This document shows, in pieces, positions 53,532-64,000 of a DNA stretch of 64,000 nucleotides (the stretch's first letter is position 1; every line of letters begins with the position of its first letter). The notes below the pieces were generated by a model. It was given only the letters and a program-made list of their open reading frames with translations. It was not told where the DNA came from and did not search any database. The position numbers and the translations under genes are program-made. Source of the DNA: Carpediemonas membranifera BICM. Taxonomy: Eukaryota > Protista > Fornicata. The stretch is from assembly GCA_019828565.1 (NCBI GenBank), contig JAHDYR010000001.1:124001-188000 (forward strand). Direction: 5' to 3'.

Positions 53532-53956
53532 AAATTTCCTGGCGCTTTTCCCACGTTTGAGGCATGATAAAGCTCAGTTTTAGAAGACATCGCGGCCTCT
53601 GAAGCAGGAGGACTCGGCGTCGACCATTATTAGGGTCTACGACAGACTTCATGAAGATCTGTGATTCTGACGATGCCTTTGGCACCTCAAAACGATATCC
53701 GGTGATCCACCTCTAGCTATCCGTTGAGCGCGGACAACCCACCTTTATGACGCTTCAAAGTGACGCTGGTACCGATAGTTAGCTAGATGAGGTTCCGAAC
53801 GAAACACTACAAATCACAACGAGACTCACCGTCCCTGCCACCCACCACGTTGGTGTTAGGACGCCGTCGGCACTCTCTGCACAGTGCCGCCGCGATATGA
53901 TTGTGATTCAATCATAATTGAGGACCGAGGTTCACGAGTTGCTGCGTTTTGGCCGA

Positions 53957-54562
53957 ATGTCCTCGGATGTCCAGTTCGTGCGTCAAGCAAGGACTTGTTC
54001 ACGGGATAATTCCCATATGAGCTCGCATGACCTTCAAATCTTGCGTAAGCGCATAGCCACGTTGATTGATGGCGGATATAAGCCCAAACAGGTTGCCAGC
54101 ATCTTACAACTATCCCCCGAGCTCTCCGAAGCACTAATCAACCCAAAGAAGGCCAAGAAATACATGAAGAAGAGACACACTCTCACGTATCAGTCCTTCA
54201 CGACGAGTTGCGGGGTCAGAATCGCCTTTGACACGTCCGACATCACCACAGCTGTAGAGGAGATCGTCGACATGGACTCTCGGTCCGTCTCTGAGATGGA
54301 AGAAGACAGTCCACGCATGCTCGCCGATGTTTCTTCCGCCGTGCTTCCAAACACACCAATCCACCATACCCCCCTCTCACACCAGGCAAGGACGACTCAG
54401 TCGCCAAGAGCGAGCCATATGCGCCAGCACCAATCTCAGAAGGGAAAGCACGGTGCGGGACCATTGACTCTTAATCCCCTAACTGCTGCTCGACAAGCAA
54501 AGCGCCGTGTCGAGAGAAAAGTGATGGGCGTTATTGACCATCTATTGGGGCTCGACGATTAG
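53957..54562 (+). CDS. Hypothetical protein
   Basis: ORF from ATG 53957; possible HTH-like segment GYKPKQVASILQLS. Confidence 0.55.
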   Translation: MSSDVQFVRQARTCSRDNSHMSSHDLQILRKRIATLIDGGYKPKQVASILQLSPELSEALINPKKAKKYMKKRHTLTYQSFTTSCGVRIAFDTSDITTAVEEIVDMDSRSVSEMEEDSPRMLADVSSAVLPNTPIHHTPLSHQARTTQSPRASHMRQHQSQKGKHGAGPLTLNPLTAARQAKRRVERKVMGVIDHLLGLDD

Positions 54563-54726
54563 CTAGGTTAGCTCCTGCGGCGGTACGCAGCTTGCAAGTA
54601 TTCTTATAAATGACATTCACTCAAAGTCAACGTTGATCCAGATCGGCGTAGCGATGTTGCAGAAAATTGCTGCATGGATGTCGCTAGGGAAAAGCAAGCA
54701 GCCTGGCGTTGCCCTGACACGATTAT

Positions 54727-56055
54727 GTGCTACAACGCCGGCTTTTGCTTCATTTACATGATTTATATGCCATGTTATTCGACAGGGTGCATTGGAAGAT
54801 TCCGCAAGTTGGAAGGATTCGCGCAATGGAGCCAGCACAGAGAGGTAGAATCGTTCCGGGATGCATAAGAGCCTTACTGAGTGACGATAACGGCAAGGGG
54901 ATCGCCGTCATTGACAACTCACCGTTTGCACGCTGCCAGGCGTTCAATTTCCTCCGCATCGACGTTCCGCTCTTCCAGCGCCGCTTCTGCTGGACCTCTG
55001 AGATAGTCCGAAACTTCTTCCTCGACGTTTCCGCTCCCGGGCTTGCGAATGATCCCAATGGCCACACGATTGGCAAGATGTGGTTCAAGCCAGAGGACAT
55101 ATACGCCTCAGAGACGGAGGACACGCTCAACAGGGACACATCGACCATGATATGCATTGACGGTCAGCAGCGGATGACGACGATCACTCTTTTACTCGCC
55201 GCCCTTCGCGACGGATTCGCCAAACAGAACAACTCCTCCCGAGTATCCCAGATCAACCGCATGCTCTTCAACCCTACCCAAGACCACACTGAACACGCGA
55301 TGCAGACCAGCAAGGTTCACCCCATGTCGTGGGACCGGGTCGAGGGCAAGTCCAGCGATCGCCCAGGCCTCAGATTCATTCCGACACACTCTGACAGAGT
55401 CGCATATACGGACGCCGTGCTGGGTGGGGCTGGTGTACAAGGCTCACTCGTTAGCGCAGCCAAGCGTGTGCTGGATGAATGTGTCAAATCTGCCGAGAAT
55501 CTGGACGATATCTTGGAGAATCTGCTGGATGGCGTGCGATTCGTGCTTCACGAGGTTGTTGACCAACACAACAAGAAATTCAAAGGAATCCATGTTGTCG
55601 GCGAGATTGCGAAGATATACTTTTCAATCAAGCGAGCAGGAATAGATTTGGCCGAATCTGATCTTGTTAGGAACCTGATGTTCACTCCATTCCCCCTCTC
55701 CGAGGCGGAAGAGCTCTACTTCCAGCTATGGCTCCCTTTAGAGGACACCCGACCCCCCGCAGCCTTTGACGACTTCCTCGCGCAGTTTTTGAACGCCAAG
55801 CTCTCAAGTGAGATGACTCCTAGTGAATACAAAGCGTACCGGGAGCGCCACGACAGTGCCATGCGCGAGTATCTCCGGGCCCCTCTCATTATGCGGCTTC
55901 GACTAGTGGGGACCGACTCTATTCCTGGTCTGGCCCGCGAGTGGGTTGAGGCCATTGAGCGGTGGGGTGACACCAAGGAGATGCGGCGCGAGCTGTTCAA
56001 GGAGCTGGCCCGGTTTGACTGTGCTGTGCGGGGGGTTGGTGTGGTCAAATGTTGA
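54727..56055 (+). CDS. DUF262 (GmrS/ParB-like, DGQQR) domain protein; start uncertain
   Basis: VPLFQRRFCW, IDGQQRMTT, G.DL.ESDLVRN; no HNH/DUF1524 motif seen. Confidence 0.8.
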   Translation: MLQRRLLLHLHDLYAMLFDRVHWKIPQVGRIRAMEPAQRGRIVPGCIRALLSDDNGKGIAVIDNSPFARCQAFNFLRIDVPLFQRRFCWTSEIVRNFFLDVSAPGLANDPNGHTIGKMWFKPEDIYASETEDTLNRDTSTMICIDGQQRMTTITLLLAALRDGFAKQNNSSRVSQINRMLFNPTQDHTEHAMQTSKVHPMSWDRVEGKSSDRPGLRFIPTHSDRVAYTDAVLGGAGVQGSLVSAAKRVLDECVKSAENLDDILENLLDGVRFVLHEVVDQHNKKFKGIHVVGEIAKIYFSIKRAGIDLAESDLVRNLMFTPFPLSEAEELYFQLWLPLEDTRPPAAFDDFLAQFLNAKLSSEMTPSEYKAYRERHDSAMREYLRAPLIMRLRLVGTDSIPGLAREWVEAIERWGDTKEMRRELFKELARFDCAVRGVGVVKC

Positions 56056-56581
56056 TAGTATAAATGTAGATTTGTTATAGGTCAGTGATATGCGGGAACT
56101 TGGTCAGTTGGGCGAGTTGGTGTTGCATGACAACATATGAATGTCTTTCAGTCAATCAATCAGAAAAGTAGGGAGCAAAGGATGGTCCAGGCAGGCACGC
56201 CATGCCATTACCGTAGTGAGCTATCAACGGGTTGGCCCGTTATTCCCACGCTCCTTCCCTCTGCACCATAGTGTCAGCCCGTGAAGTCAATGGACTCCAA
56301 ACCTCCCAGCCGCAGAGGGTTGAGGCGCTGGTCTGTACAGTTTAAGGATAAATGAGCCCTTGCTCTCTTTGTCTCGTCGACCCAACGGCTCGTTTGTACC
56401 AGTTGCACAGTTTCGCAACAGTCCCGTTTCCAGACCTCGATCCGAACCACTCCCCGACGCCAGCCCAAATATAGCCGCGCCGGAAATAATCATCCCGGCG
56501 ACTTGGCGCACATACACGCCCCAGCGGCGTCAGGAGCGGCCGCGGCGCCCTCAGCGAATTGCCGGATTTGCGCAGATCAAA

Positions 56582-56620
56582 ATGAACCATCTCAGAATGA
56601 GTCCCCTGCACCGCCACTAA
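56582..56620 (+). promoter_or_regulatory. Putative uORF (MNHLRMSPLHRH*) ending 20 nt upstream of ODC
   Basis: ATG 56582 to TAA 56620; 3' end of a longer open frame starting at TTG 56360. Confidence 0.3.
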
Positions 56621-56640
56621 CAGCACAGGAGTGAATAGCA

Positions 56641-57771
56641 ATGAACAAGCGCATCCAGAAGTTCCTGGTGGACAACAAGCCCGCCACGCCCTGCCTGGTG
56701 ATCGATCTCGACGTCGTGCGCCAGAACTACCGTGCCATGCGCCGGTATCTCCCGAAGACTGAGGTTTTCTACGCTGTCAAGGCGAACCCCGCGCCAGAGG
56801 TCGTCCGCGTGCTTGTCGAGGAGGGCTCAGGCTTCGACGTCGCGTCGCTGCCCGAGATCCAGCTCTGCCTCGACCTCGGCGCGGCCCCCGAGCGCATGTC
56901 GTTCGGCAACACGATCAAGAAGGAGCGCGACATCGCCTACGCATACTCCCGCGGCATCAGGCTCTTCGCGTTCGACTCCGAGGAGGAACTGCTCAAGATC
57001 TCCAGCGCGGCCCCCGGCTCCATGGTCTACTGCCGCATCCTCGTCGAGAACGAGGGCGCCCAGTGGCCGCTGTCCCGCAAGTTCGGTTGCGAGCCCGAGA
57101 TGGCCGCCGACCTCCTCTGCCAGGCCCGCGAGGTCGGCCTCGTGCCCCACGGCGTCTCCTTCCACGTCGGCTCCCAGCAGCTCGACCTCAGCCAGTGGGA
57201 CGTCGCCATGACCCGCGTCGCCTCGCTCTTCGAGACGCTCCAGGAGCGCGGCGTCGAGCTCCAGGCGATCGACCTCGGCGGCGGTCTCCCCGCGCACTAC
57301 CAGGAGCAGATCGAGGAGCTCCCGGCCTACGCCGAGGCGGTGATGCGGTCCGTCATCGGCCACTTCGGCATGCGCCACCCGCGCCTCATGATCGAGCCCG
57401 GCCGCTCCATGGTCGGCGACTCGGGCGTCCTCCAGGCCGAGGTCGTCCTCGTCTCGCGCAAGTCCAACGACGACTGCAAGCGCTGGGTGTACCTCGACGC
57501 CGGCAGGTTCAACGGCCTGAGCGAGACGCTCGGCGAGGCCATCGCGTACAACATCACGACCTCGCGCGACGGCGAGGAGACCGAGCCCGTCATCCTCGCG
57601 GGCCCGACGTGCGACAGCGTCGACGTGATCTACGAGAAGAAGGAGTACCGCATGCCCGTCGGCCTCAGGGCAGGCGACCTGGTGTACTTCAACTCCTGCG
57701 GCGCCTACGCCGCCAGCGTCTCGAGCGTCAACTTCAACGGCTTCGAGGCCATCAAGCAGTACTGCATCTGA
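56641..57771 (+). CDS. ODC: Ornithine (lysine/ornithine) decarboxylase, fold-type III, bacterial-like
   Basis: FYAVKANP (PLP lysine), FDVAS, SRKFG, SFHVGSQ, DLGGG, EPGR, GPTCDS, GAY; compact 376 aa; very high GC3. Confidence 0.95.
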   Translation: MNKRIQKFLVDNKPATPCLVIDLDVVRQNYRAMRRYLPKTEVFYAVKANPAPEVVRVLVEEGSGFDVASLPEIQLCLDLGAAPERMSFGNTIKKERDIAYAYSRGIRLFAFDSEEELLKISSAAPGSMVYCRILVENEGAQWPLSRKFGCEPEMAADLLCQAREVGLVPHGVSFHVGSQQLDLSQWDVAMTRVASLFETLQERGVELQAIDLGGGLPAHYQEQIEELPAYAEAVMRSVIGHFGMRHPRLMIEPGRSMVGDSGVLQAEVVLVSRKSNDDCKRWVYLDAGRFNGLSETLGEAIAYNITTSRDGEETEPVILAGPTCDSVDVIYEKKEYRMPVGLRAGDLVYFNSCGAYAASVSSVNFNGFEAIKQYCI

Positions 57772-58296
57772 GCGGTGGCCGACTGCGCACCATATCGTCC
57801 CCACAAGCCCGTCTCGCGCGAGTCAGCTGTAAAGTTCGCAGAATTGGCGGTAATGCATGGTAAGTCGAAGCCGACCAATGACCATGCACCTCATTGCGCG
57901 AAGTCGGGCCTCTAAGACGGCTTCCAGTGTCGATGGGCGATAGACTTGGGTTGAAGCAACATACAGGTCGACCTTGGGTGCGAAACTGCTCGGCATGCCT
58001 CCTGCACGCTTCCGATCATTCTGCAATTAGCGCCTCTGTAGCTTTACGGACTGACACTCTAACCAACTATGCCAAAAGGTACCTTTTACTGATTCTAACC
58101 TTGAGCGCGATAATGATAGACATACAGCATATACGATGTTACATGATTCCAAGAAGCCTCGAGCCTGCCAGCCACGGCTGCCGTATTTGCAATGCCATTT
58201 ACACGAAGATCAGCTGATATGTACAGCGCTAGTGCTTGCTATTTTACCGACCCGGCCTTGGCCGAGCGGATTATATTCAAATAAAATATCCGTCGT

Positions 58297-61200
58297 CTAA
58301 AATAGCTCGTCTTCATCCGGATATTGGGCCAAGAACTTCTCAATTAACTCAGCAGGTACGCCCTCACGCGGCACGGCTCGGAACAATAGCCCAAGCTGTC
58401 TGTGAGTCCCGCTGATCCCTACGATCGTGCGGTAAAAGCGCGAATAGTAGAATAAACCGAGGAGGATGGCGAAGAAAGCTACAAAGTAGAGCATGTCCGA
58501 TCGCATTGTGGCCAGCTGGTCGGAGAAGCGCTCTATCAAAAGGTCCCGAACCTTGATCAACCCGCCGTGGACGTCAATATCACTCGTCGAGACCATGAAA
58601 TAATACGCCGATGAACCCGTCGTTCCCGCAGCAATGTCGTCTTGAAGTGTACTCATCTTACTAAGATAGGTAGAAACGATGTTGATCAAACCCGACTTGG
58701 CAGCGGCAGGACGAGATGCACAGTAGCGCGAGTCTAGAGAAAGACACTCCACACTGTAGAGTAGACTCTCGATCTCCTCCTCATAAAGCCCGTCGGACCA
58801 AGAACCCTGGTACGCCCAGCGCTGGAAGAACTCCGCGGGGGCGCGATACGATTCGTGGACAGTCGCCCAGGCCTCAGTGATGATCTCAGAATCTGCGGGA
58901 GAATCTCCAGCCAAGTGTGCGACGAAGGGTTGGAGGCCGTCGTAAAGTCTGCTGATTCGGTCGACCGCATATGCTGTGTCAACCGGCGATGGGTGAAGGC
59001 CTGGCACGTTGACGTTCCAGGAAATCCCAGCGGCAATCGCGTTTCTCAAGCTATTGAGACTTCTGAACTGGTAGTAGATCGACATCGAGGCGTTGGAGAC
59101 GATGGCCGTGCGATAGAGGATGGTACACGTCATAGTGACAAGCAGAGCGGCAAACACGGACATCCAGACACAAATGGAAGGAAGCTGGCGGGCAGCGAGC
59201 TGTATCCTGACAAGCGTGCCCCTGTTCTTGCTGAAGTGCAGGGCAGTGTGCAGTGACACAATGCTGTCGGTCGACGTGGTCGGGGAGCTCGACCCACCCC
59301 CAGCGGGTAGGGTAGGGTAGGACTCGTCAGCGATGATCACGCTGGAGGTGGTGGAGGCTATTTGTACCTCATTCGACACCCGGATCGGCTGTGTGTTCGT
59401 CCGGAAGAAACGATAGGCCGAGGCGTCAGAGATGGAGCGGGGGCGGACGCTGGTGGTAGTGGGGCCGGACTCGCGCTCGTTCGACTCGGCAGGGCGACCC
59501 CGGATCGCCTTTTTGAAAGCGTCAATTTCCGAGATGATTGAGGTCAGAGTCGAGGAGGGAAGCTGATGGAAGAGACGCATCAGCTTCATGGTGTAGCTGT
59601 GGTGGCGGGAGGTCGGCAGGATGTACAGCAATAGCGTCACAAGAAGGAATGAAACCATTACCAAGGCGAAAGCGACTGCGAAAATGACTATCTCAAGCAA
59701 CGGGAAGATCTGGGTGACGATAAATGTTCGACCTGACACCTCATTGAGTGAATCAAGCACCACCTCCAGCAGCGACGCCTCATAGCCCATCAGCCGGTCC
59801 TCGTGCCCAGCCAGACATGCCCACGCTTCACCAGTGCCGTAGTTACCAGCCTCAGCCTCGCCCAGTATGCAGTTGGCGAGGACCTCAGTGGTGTGTATCA
59901 TTTCGGAGACGTATGTCATCATGTTGACCTCCACTGTGCCTGTTAGAGCCAGGTTTTTGTACACGGGCACGGTGATAGTGTTTGAATTAATCAAACTGGG
60001 CAGATTATACATGAGGTGGGTGATCCGTCTCTTGACCTTGTCGGCAAACGAAACGAGGCCTTGATCGACGTTCAGTCCGTCGTATGGGTTGATACCAGCG
60101 AGGAGGCGGTAGTCATTGTTCATATACGACCACACTGCTTCCAGATAGTGGTCCATCCCGTGCTGCTGGTACTCCTCTGACATATCCTGTACCACGGGAG
60201 TCCAAGATGGGCCAGAGAACATGTATGCATTCACTGTGGGTGTGGGCACGTTTCCTCTGAGCGTGGTGAACGCCGAGGCCATGTACTGGAGGCCTGTGGC
60301 TACCTGGAGGACGCCCACGGTCTGCCACAGTATGTATCGGAAGAGATAGGATATGCCGATCATGCCCCAAATGCAGAGGGCGAAGAGCGAGCCGATGAGA
60401 ACGATGCTGACCAAGGCGCGGAGGTGCATCGACGCGAGAGTGTTGCCGGACCAGTAAGCGTTGATACGATGAACACTGAGCCCGCTAATCTTGACTGCGT
60501 CAGCATCATCTCCGGGGGCGACCTCAAGCTCGTCAGCAGCCCCAAACAGCTCGGTGCAGTGGCCTTGGACAGCGGGACTTGAGTCAACGAGTTGGAGATA
60601 TTGTGCATAGATCCTCACCAGATGGGGCGTGGGTGCAACCAGGGCCTTGGAATAAAGCGACTCGACCTGGGTCATCAGACGTCCAATTTTGGAAACCGAG
60701 CGCAAGAACGACTTGAATTGCCGAGTCGACATCGTGCCTCTAGAGTTGAGCACGGATGACCAGTGCACGCTGAGCTCATCAGCCAGCTTCTTCTGGCACT
60801 TCACCAGTGTGGCCACGTTTCTCTGGGCGTCGAGTCGGGTCAGCATCTTGGGGTCATCCTGCAGTGCACTGCGGTAATGGAAGCAAAGGTACCGGAAGTA
60901 GAGGATGTCGAGCTTCCAGACACTCTTCAGGCAGCTGTCGCACGCATAAATGGCCGATTGAAGTGAGTCGATGCGGTAGGCGGCGATCCAGCAGGTGTAG
61001 CTCATCGCAACGTATGAACTACGGGGAAAACGGGCTCGGGCGAAGCTGAAGAGACGCATGCCGAACTCGACCTCGAGTTGGATTGACTCCCGAGACTTTT
61101 TGATGAGCTCTAAATCTGATTCGTTGAGGGAGTCGTAGCTGAGTGCACCAGATTCGTTAATCATGCCGGAAAACTCAAAAATGGCCATGGGCACGCGGCG

Positions 61201-62241
61201 ACTGATGCCTCGAATAACCCTCCGAGCCTTGCGGATGCGGCGCCGGGAGGTGCGGAGTGCGATCTCAACTTGGAAAGGGAAAAAAATATACGGCTTGACC
61301 ATCGGGATGTCTTCCGGGCATGATAACTGCAGAACCGACTCCCGATACCGCTTAGTGCAAAGCTCAGTGATGAGAAGCATGCCTATAGGCCATGAAGCAA
61401 CGACAGGAGTAGCCACGAGCAGCCCAGCGGCGAGTCCAGGGTGGATAGCGGCCGCGCCAAGGGAACCAATAGCCCACTGGCACGCGACAGTAGCCACGGT
61501 GGTTGAGAGCCTGTAAAAGGGGGTGAACACTGCGTATAGGGAGAACAGGGCCCAGTTTGAGACCATGATCCAGATTCCGCGGATGAGGCTAGCGTGTTCG
61601 GTCGGGATTGCGAAGACGATGGCGAAAGATGCGAGTACCAGGATATTGAGGGGGTCCAAGCGTGCGTGCTGGCGGCCCATGCGGTGTGTAGTCGTGTAGG
61701 AGAAGTGGTTCGGGAGGAGCACGATGAGGGCTGTCTGAGCGAGGTAGACAAGGATTGCGAGGACGAAAACTGCGGCCAATGCAATGTCGCCAATGCTCCT
61801 TGAGGCATGGTAGTAGGCCTGGGAGGCAAGGATATACACTGTGGGCACGATGAAGACGGTGGTCCGTGCGAGGTTGACTGTCTTCAAGTACCTGACGAGC
61901 CAGATGCTCGTGATGGTGCGCCCGTTCATCTGACGAAGGCATATGATGTATACGGCGCATGAAAGGAAAACTAGACCCGCGATGATGATGCCGACGGCAT
62001 TCATTGCCGCCGAAGTCAGCGTGTCGGGAAGAGGGCCCAGTCGGAGCCAGGAAATGGCGTGCTGGACACTGAAAAGGATCGGCCACTTGTACACGGACTC
62101 GTCTAGGCAGAAGACGAGCATGTGCCCGACCATGGCGAGGAGAGTAAGACCGCTTTGAAGGGTTCGCGCCGTCGTCGAGATCGGAGCAGCTAGGTATGCG
62201 AGCTCAAATACTGTGTTATTGGCTGAAAGTGAAACAAACAT
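58297..62241 (-). CDS. Large multi-pass membrane protein (TmcB/TmcC-like); N-terminus may extend to 62381 across a frameshift
   Basis: About 10 N-terminal TM helices, a helical cytosolic region (RFPRSS, YSKAL..P..VRIYAQYL), then further TM pairs. Confidence 0.7.
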   Translation of the reverse strand: MFVSLSANNTVFELAYLAAPISTTARTLQSGLTLLAMVGHMLVFCLDESVYKWPILFSVQHAISWLRLGPLPDTLTSAAMNAVGIIIAGLVFLSCAVYIICLRQMNGRTITSIWLVRYLKTVNLARTTVFIVPTVYILASQAYYHASRSIGDIALAAVFVLAILVYLAQTALIVLLPNHFSYTTTHRMGRQHARLDPLNILVLASFAIVFAIPTEHASLIRGIWIMVSNWALFSLYAVFTPFYRLSTTVATVACQWAIGSLGAAAIHPGLAAGLLVATPVVASWPIGMLLITELCTKRYRESVLQLSCPEDIPMVKPYIFFPFQVEIALRTSRRRIRKARRVIRGISRRVPMAIFEFSGMINESGALSYDSLNESDLELIKKSRESIQLEVEFGMRLFSFARARFPRSSYVAMSYTCWIAAYRIDSLQSAIYACDSCLKSVWKLDILYFRYLCFHYRSALQDDPKMLTRLDAQRNVATLVKCQKKLADELSVHWSSVLNSRGTMSTRQFKSFLRSVSKIGRLMTQVESLYSKALVAPTPHLVRIYAQYLQLVDSSPAVQGHCTELFGAADELEVAPGDDADAVKISGLSVHRINAYWSGNTLASMHLRALVSIVLIGSLFALCIWGMIGISYLFRYILWQTVGVLQVATGLQYMASAFTTLRGNVPTPTVNAYMFSGPSWTPVVQDMSEEYQQHGMDHYLEAVWSYMNNDYRLLAGINPYDGLNVDQGLVSFADKVKRRITHLMYNLPSLINSNTITVPVYKNLALTGTVEVNMMTYVSEMIHTTEVLANCILGEAEAGNYGTGEAWACLAGHEDRLMGYEASLLEVVLDSLNEVSGRTFIVTQIFPLLEIVIFAVAFALVMVSFLLVTLLLYILPTSRHHSYTMKLMRLFHQLPSSTLTSIISEIDAFKKAIRGRPAESNERESGPTTTSVRPRSISDASAYRFFRTNTQPIRVSNEVQIASTTSSVIIADESYPTLPAGGGSSSPTTSTDSIVSLHTALHFSKNRGTLVRIQLAARQLPSICVWMSVFAALLVTMTCTILYRTAIVSNASMSIYYQFRSLNSLRNAIAAGISWNVNVPGLHPSPVDTAYAVDRISRLYDGLQPFVAHLAGDSPADSEIITEAWATVHESYRAPAEFFQRWAYQGSWSDGLYEEEIESLLYSVECLSLDSRYCASRPAAAKSGLINIVSTYLSKMSTLQDDIAAGTTGSSAYYFMVSTSDIDVHGGLIKVRDLLIERFSDQLATMRSDMLYFVAFFAILLGLFYYSRFYRTIVGISGTHRQLGLLFRAVPREGVPAELIEKFLAQYPDEDELF

Positions 62242-63000
62242 GCAGCTCTCATGCCGCCTGCAGCTCCGGAGCTCGATGTCGAGCTCGATGAGCTTGTGCC
62301 AGATACTTCGGAATTCGGCGCGTGGTGAATACCATCGGGAAACGATTCATATACCGAGTCATCCGTCTTGTCAATCAGCATAGCTTGCACGTGTAGCGGT
62401 GCGGTCGTTTTGCTGCTCGGGAATCCTTCAGCTTTTTTTTCACGCAAATCTTTCGGAAGATGGTCGGCCCATATCAGGCCTAATTTAGGTGAGATTATGT
62501 CGACCACAAAACGGAAAGGACAGCACTTCAGACGGTTCTTTCGGTCAAGACGCATTGCGCAGATTGGATCGTAAAGTGATGATGGAAGTCGACATCAATT
62601 CTGCTGAAGACGGTTGAGGACTGCGCAGATTGAACAGAAAATAAGAACTGCCAGCGATGCCATGTACAGAGCCAAAAGGAGCAATGTTTGCACCCAATCC
62701 AGACGATCTTGACTGAATCTAAACAAATTCGAAACTAAAGTTTGGTACACTCGAATTGTTTTCACTTTACTTTCATGGTGCTTCAACTCGCAGCAACCCC
62801 AAACGAGGCCAGGGTTCGCATCAGTTGCTGAGGGCAGCTGGGATTCACCCTATTCTGCACTACACTTTTACCCCCAGTTTTCACTGTTTTCGCCAAACTC
62901 ATTCGAGATCCGACTTCGCACGAGGTGGCACATCGCTATTTGTCGATTTTACCCGGTGTTACCCACAATTCTGAGATTGAACGACCTCTCCATGACTTGA

Positions 63001-64000
63001 AACTTCACAGCTGACTCGCGCGAGACGGGCTTGTGGGGACGATATGGTGCGCAGTCGGCCACCGCTCAGATGCAGTACTGCTTGATGGCCTCGAAGCCGT
63101 TGAAGTTGACGCTCGAGACGCTGGCGGCGTAGGCGCCGCAGGAGTTGAAGTACACCAGGTCGCCTGCCCTGAGGCCGACGGGCATGCGGTACTCCTTCTT
63201 CTCGTAGATCACGTCGACGCTGTCGCACGTCGGGCCCGCGAGGATGACGGGCTCGGTCTCCTCGCCGTCGCGCGAGGTCGTGATGTTGTACGCGATGGCC
63301 TCGCCGAGCGTCTCGCTCAGGCCGTTGAACCTGCCGGCGTCGAGGTACACCCAGCGCTTGCAGTCGTCGTTGGACTTGCGCGAGACGAGGACGACCTCGG
63401 CCTGGAGGACGCCCGAGTCGCCGACCATGGAGCGGCCGGGCTCGATCATGAGGCGCGGGTGGCGCATGCCGAAGTGGCCGATGACGGACCGCATCACCGC
63501 CTCGGCGTAGGCCGGGAGCTCCTCGATCTGCTCCTGGTAGTGCGCGGGGAGACCGCCGCCGAGGTCGATCGCCTGGAGCTCGACGCCGCGCTCCTGGAGC
63601 GTCTCGAAGAGCGAGGCGACGCGGGTCATGGCGACGTCCCACTGGCTGAGGTCGAGCTGCTGGGAGCCGACGTGGAAGGAGACGCCGTGGGGCACGAGGC
63701 CGACCTCGCGGGCCTGGCAGAGGAGGTCGGCGGCCATCTCGGGCTCGCAACCGAACTTGCGGGACAGCGGCCACTGGGCGCCCTCGTTCTCGACGAGGAT
63801 GCGGCAGTAGACCATGGAGCCGGGGGCCGCGCTGGAGATCTTGAGTTCCTCCTCGGAGTCGAACGCGAAGAGCCTGATGCCGCGGGAGTATGCGTAGGCG
63901 ATGTCGCGCTCCTTCTTGATCGTGTTGCCGAACGACATGCGCTCGGGGGCCGCGCCGAGGTCGAGGCAGAGCTGGATCTCGGGCAGCGACGCGACGTCGA
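63001..64000. repeat. Inverted duplicate of 56834..57836 (ODC plus ~60 nt of 3' flank)
   Basis: Near-identical reverse complement, with a 3-nt deletion near 63846. Confidence 0.95.
63066..64000 (-). CDS. ODC: Second ornithine decarboxylase copy (5' end outside the window)
   Basis: Same protein as 56641..57771 except EEELLK becomes EEELK. Confidence 0.92.
   Translation of the reverse strand, partial: DVASLPEIQLCLDLGAAPERMSFGNTIKKERDIAYAYSRGIRLFAFDSEEELKISSAAPGSMVYCRILVENEGAQWPLSRKFGCEPEMAADLLCQAREVGLVPHGVSFHVGSQQLDLSQWDVAMTRVASLFETLQERGVELQAIDLGGGLPAHYQEQIEELPAYAEAVMRSVIGHFGMRHPRLMIEPGRSMVGDSGVLQAEVVLVSRKSNDDCKRWVYLDAGRFNGLSETLGEAIAYNITTSRDGEETEPVILAGPTCDSVDVIYEKKEYRMPVGLRAGDLVYFNSCGAYAASVSSVNFNGFEAIKQYCI

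Overview
This is a gene-dense window of eukaryotic (protist) DNA. It has very short intergenic regions, short GT-AG introns (29-49 nt) with the branch point fused to the 3' splice site (CTAAC/CTCAC/CTTAC...YAG), and GTAAA-type motifs at or just after stop codons. By inference these traits fit a fornicate metamonad (Carpediemonas-like); the organism cannot be confirmed from sequence alone. Housekeeping and flagellar genes include a Clu-like protein, EPL1-like, CLC, AN1 zinc finger, NAC-alpha, DNase II, HRD1-like, CKK/CAMSAP-like, a Wee1/Myt1 kinase, an acid phosphatase, TTC25, RPL9, CCDC151 and uridine kinase. The accessory content is: (i) a Fanzor/TnpB-like RuvC ORF (24180-25274, minus) followed immediately by a ~140-nt highly structured segment that is a candidate omegaRNA; (ii) a large WD40/coiled-coil/kinase/HECT-like/RBR-Rcat fusion whose start appears to be built with a 3-nt microexon; (iii) a ~9.9-kb tandem array of a ~1162-bp unit whose gene carries the same apparent frameshift in every copy, next to an acidic 11-mer-repeat paralog with the same N-terminus; (iv) a DUF262/GmrS-like gene; (v) a bacterial-type ornithine decarboxylase present as an inverted duplicate around a large membrane-protein gene; and (vi) a probable non-LTR retroelement remnant. 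All family assignments come from motif recognition by eye; no searches were run.
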